Under the pieces are notes generated by a model. The model was given only the letters and a program-made list of their open reading frames with translations, was not told the DNA's origin and did not search any database. Shown here piece by piece: positions 62,118-64,000 of a DNA stretch of 64,000 nt. The stretch spans positions 131,135 through 195,134 of the forward strand of contig CANJYB010000005.1 of assembly GCA_947479085.1 (NCBI GenBank), read 5' to 3'. How positions within the stretch are numbered: the first letter of the stretch is position 1; the number at the start of each line of letters is the position of its first letter. The DNA is from Bacteroidota bacterium. Its GTDB lineage: Bacteria; Bacteroidota; Bacteroidia; 2-12-FULL-35-15. The translations under genes were made by a program, and so were the position numbers.

Positions 62118-64000
62118 GTGAAAAAAACAAAAGCATTAGTAGTTCTGCTGTTGCTGTTTCCTGTATTGTTGTTTTGTCAGCCCCATAAACTGTCGCGTAT
62201 AGATTCCCTGCTTGAAAAACTACCCCTTGCCAAAGAAGATACCGGCAAAGTGAATGTATTGCACCAGCTATCGGATACTTACGAAGGCATTGGGGAATAT
62301 ACCAAAGCGCTGCACTATGGAAATGATGGGATTGAGCTTTCGCAAAAATTAAATTATAAAGCAGGAGCAGCCCGCTGTTACACCACCCTTGGAAACATAG
62401 CAGATGATCAATCGGAGTATGCTAAGGCATTAGATAATTATTTCCTGAGTTTAAAAATATACGAAGAGCTGGAAAGCAAAACCGGCCTGGCGCAGGATTA
62501 TAACAACATAGGGCTGGTGTACATGCACCAAAGCGACTTTCCCCGCGCGCTGGATTATTTTTTAAAAAGCCTAAAAGAAAATGAATTTCTTAACTTTAAA
62601 GGCGGGATGGCTAATAATTACAATAATATTGGGATTATATACATGAACCAATCGAACAATAAAAAAGCATTGGAATATTATTTTAAAAGCATCAAGGTGG
62701 ATGAGGAGCTGGGCGACAGGGAAGGAATGGCAGGGACTTATGATAACATAGGGTTGAGCTACATGAACATGGAGAACTTTGCAAAAGCAGTGGAATACTA
62801 CAATAAAAGTTTACAGCTCAATAAGGAATTTGGCGATAAGCAGGCCATAGCCGTAAGTTATGGAAATATAGGAGTGCTGTTTACTAACGTTTATGAAACA
62901 GATAAAGCCGGTGCGGGACTTACCTTAAATAACAATCAACACATCTCTCCGGCTCAGTTATTAGATTCGTCAATGGTGCTGGAAGCTAAGGCGCTTGATT
63001 ATTTCAGAGAAACCGGGAATAAATATGGTGCCGTTTATAGCTTAAGCGGGATTGGTAAGGTATTGTTTTTTCAGAAAAAATACAAGGAAGCAATATCTTA
63101 TTTTCAATCGGCCTATCAACTGGCAGACAGTGTGGGTGCATTGAAAGAAAAAATGGAGGCGGCAAAAAACATTTCGAATGCTTATAAAAAACTAAACGAT
63201 TGGGAAAAATCGCTGGATTGGTACGGTAAATATGTGGTTTGGAAAGACTCTGTTTTTAACCTTGATAAAAACAATGCCATTACCCGCAATGAATTGAAGT
63301 TTGAATACGAAAAAAAATTCCTTTCGGATAGTGTGAAAGCCGAGGAAGACAAAAAAGTAATTTCGGCCGAACTGAAACAGGAACAAACAAGGCGTTATGC
63401 CCTTTATGGTGGTTTGGCTTTGGTACTGGTGTTTGCAGGGTTTATGTATAACCGATTTAAAGTAACCACCCAACAAAAAAACATTATTGAGTTAAAAGAA
63501 AAGGAAACGCAGAAGCAAAAAACAGTGGTGGAAGAGAAGAACAAGGCCATTACCATGAGTATTCAGTATGCATTGAGAATTCAAACCGCCATACTTCCGC
63601 CCATGAAAACGGTTAAACAACACCTCGCCAATTCTTTTATTCTTTACAAACCAAAGGATATAGTGGCCGGAGATTTTTATTGGTTAGAGAACACAGGGAC
63701 GGGAGGCGAGGGAAAAGGGACGATAGGAATCACTCCCTCGTCCCAAGACACTCGTCCTTCGCCCCTCCTTTTATTCGCTGCCTGCGACTGCACCGGCCAT
63801 GGTGTGCCGGGAGCAATGGTTTCGGTGGTTTGTAACAATGCATTGAACAGGGCGGTACGCGAGTTCGGATTAACAGCACCAGCGGATATACTTGATAAAA
63901 CAGCAGAAATAGTGATTGAAAACTTTGCAAAAAGCGAAGATGAAATACACGATGGGATGGATATTTCCCTTTGTGCCTTTAATCCTGCAACCTATGAATT
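62118..64000 (+). CDS. TPR-repeat protein with a TM helix and a C-terminal PP2C/SpoIIE-type phosphatase domain, 3'-partial. Probable GTG start.
   Basis: It runs off the window end, so it is absent from the track. Multiple TPRs (YNNIGLVYM...) are followed by a TM helix (YALYGGLALVLVFAGFMY) and then AGDFYW and DCTGHGVPGAM, the SpoIIE/PP2C motif. Confidence 0.8.
   Translation, partial: MKKTKALVVLLLLFPVLLFCQPHKLSRIDSLLEKLPLAKEDTGKVNVLHQLSDTYEGIGEYTKALHYGNDGIELSQKLNYKAGAARCYTTLGNIADDQSEYAKALDNYFLSLKIYEELESKTGLAQDYNNIGLVYMHQSDFPRALDYFLKSLKENEFLNFKGGMANNYNNIGIIYMNQSNNKKALEYYFKSIKVDEELGDREGMAGTYDNIGLSYMNMENFAKAVEYYNKSLQLNKEFGDKQAIAVSYGNIGVLFTNVYETDKAGAGLTLNNNQHISPAQLLDSSMVLEAKALDYFRETGNKYGAVYSLSGIGKVLFFQKKYKEAISYFQSAYQLADSVGALKEKMEAAKNISNAYKKLNDWEKSLDWYGKYVVWKDSVFNLDKNNAITRNELKFEYEKKFLSDSVKAEEDKKVISAELKQEQTRRYALYGGLALVLVFAGFMYNRFKVTTQQKNIIELKEKETQKQKTVVEEKNKAITMSIQYALRIQTAILPPMKTVKQHLANSFILYKPKDIVAGDFYWLENTGTGGEGKGTIGITPSSQDTRPSPLLLFAACDCTGHGVPGAMVSVVCNNALNRAVREFGLTAPADILDKTAEIVIENFAKSEDEIHDGMDISLCAFNPATYE

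Overview
The window looks like a Bacteroidota chromosomal segment of roughly 38% GC. Evidence for the phylum: several T9SS C-terminal sorting domains, a PorP/SprF gene, a fused secDF, a fused ccoNO, and TAnnTTTG -7 promoter boxes. Most of the window is housekeeping.

Main content:
- The 3' 7.6 kb of a giant adhesin built from at least 26 tandem ~83-aa repeats, followed by PKD-like domains and a T9SS type-B (CHU_C) C-terminal domain.
- gyrB.
- A tyrosine-catabolism operon (hmgA to hppD) with a DUF4160/DUF2442 gene pair inserted inside it.
- tatD and a type I L-asparaginase.
- An ECF sigma factor, anti-sigma factor and PorP/SprF cluster.
- secDF and tatA.
- nrdAB.
- A secreted protein that fuses collagen-like Gly-X-Thr repeats to a C-terminal cupredoxin-like (type-1 copper) domain.
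- glyQS.
- A complete cbb3 oxidase cluster (ccoI, ccoS, ccoNO, ccoQ, ccoP, ccoG, ccoH and a DsbD_2/TauE-like gene), followed by queD and hemN.
- An AsmA-like protein, a histidine kinase, hemW, a cyclase, a GIN-domain outer-membrane protein, a CheY-like regulator, HU, a TPR protein and RNase G.
- A frameshifted cyclophilin carrying a T9SS C-terminal domain.
- An XRE HTH regulator plus an unknown 307-aa protein.
- An IS200-like/RAYT transposase pseudogene with an in-frame amber stop.
- The 5' part of a TPR and SpoIIE-phosphatase protein.

I found no rRNA, tRNA or CRISPR array, and no canonical defence system.

The unexplained structure is mostly non-coding:
- Several families of GC-rich hairpin and tandem repeats in an otherwise AT-rich background, at 7917-8094, 45436-45712 and 60335-60560. 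One sits in frame inside a coding sequence (63700-63790).
- A 1.5 kb ORF-free island at 44720-46270, bounded by 36-bp inverted repeats.
- An intergenic array of four copies of a 14-bp palindrome, TTGNAACGTTNCAA, next to an 18-bp-arm perfect hairpin (32237-32438).

All functional calls are based on motifs recognised by eye. No database search was possible.
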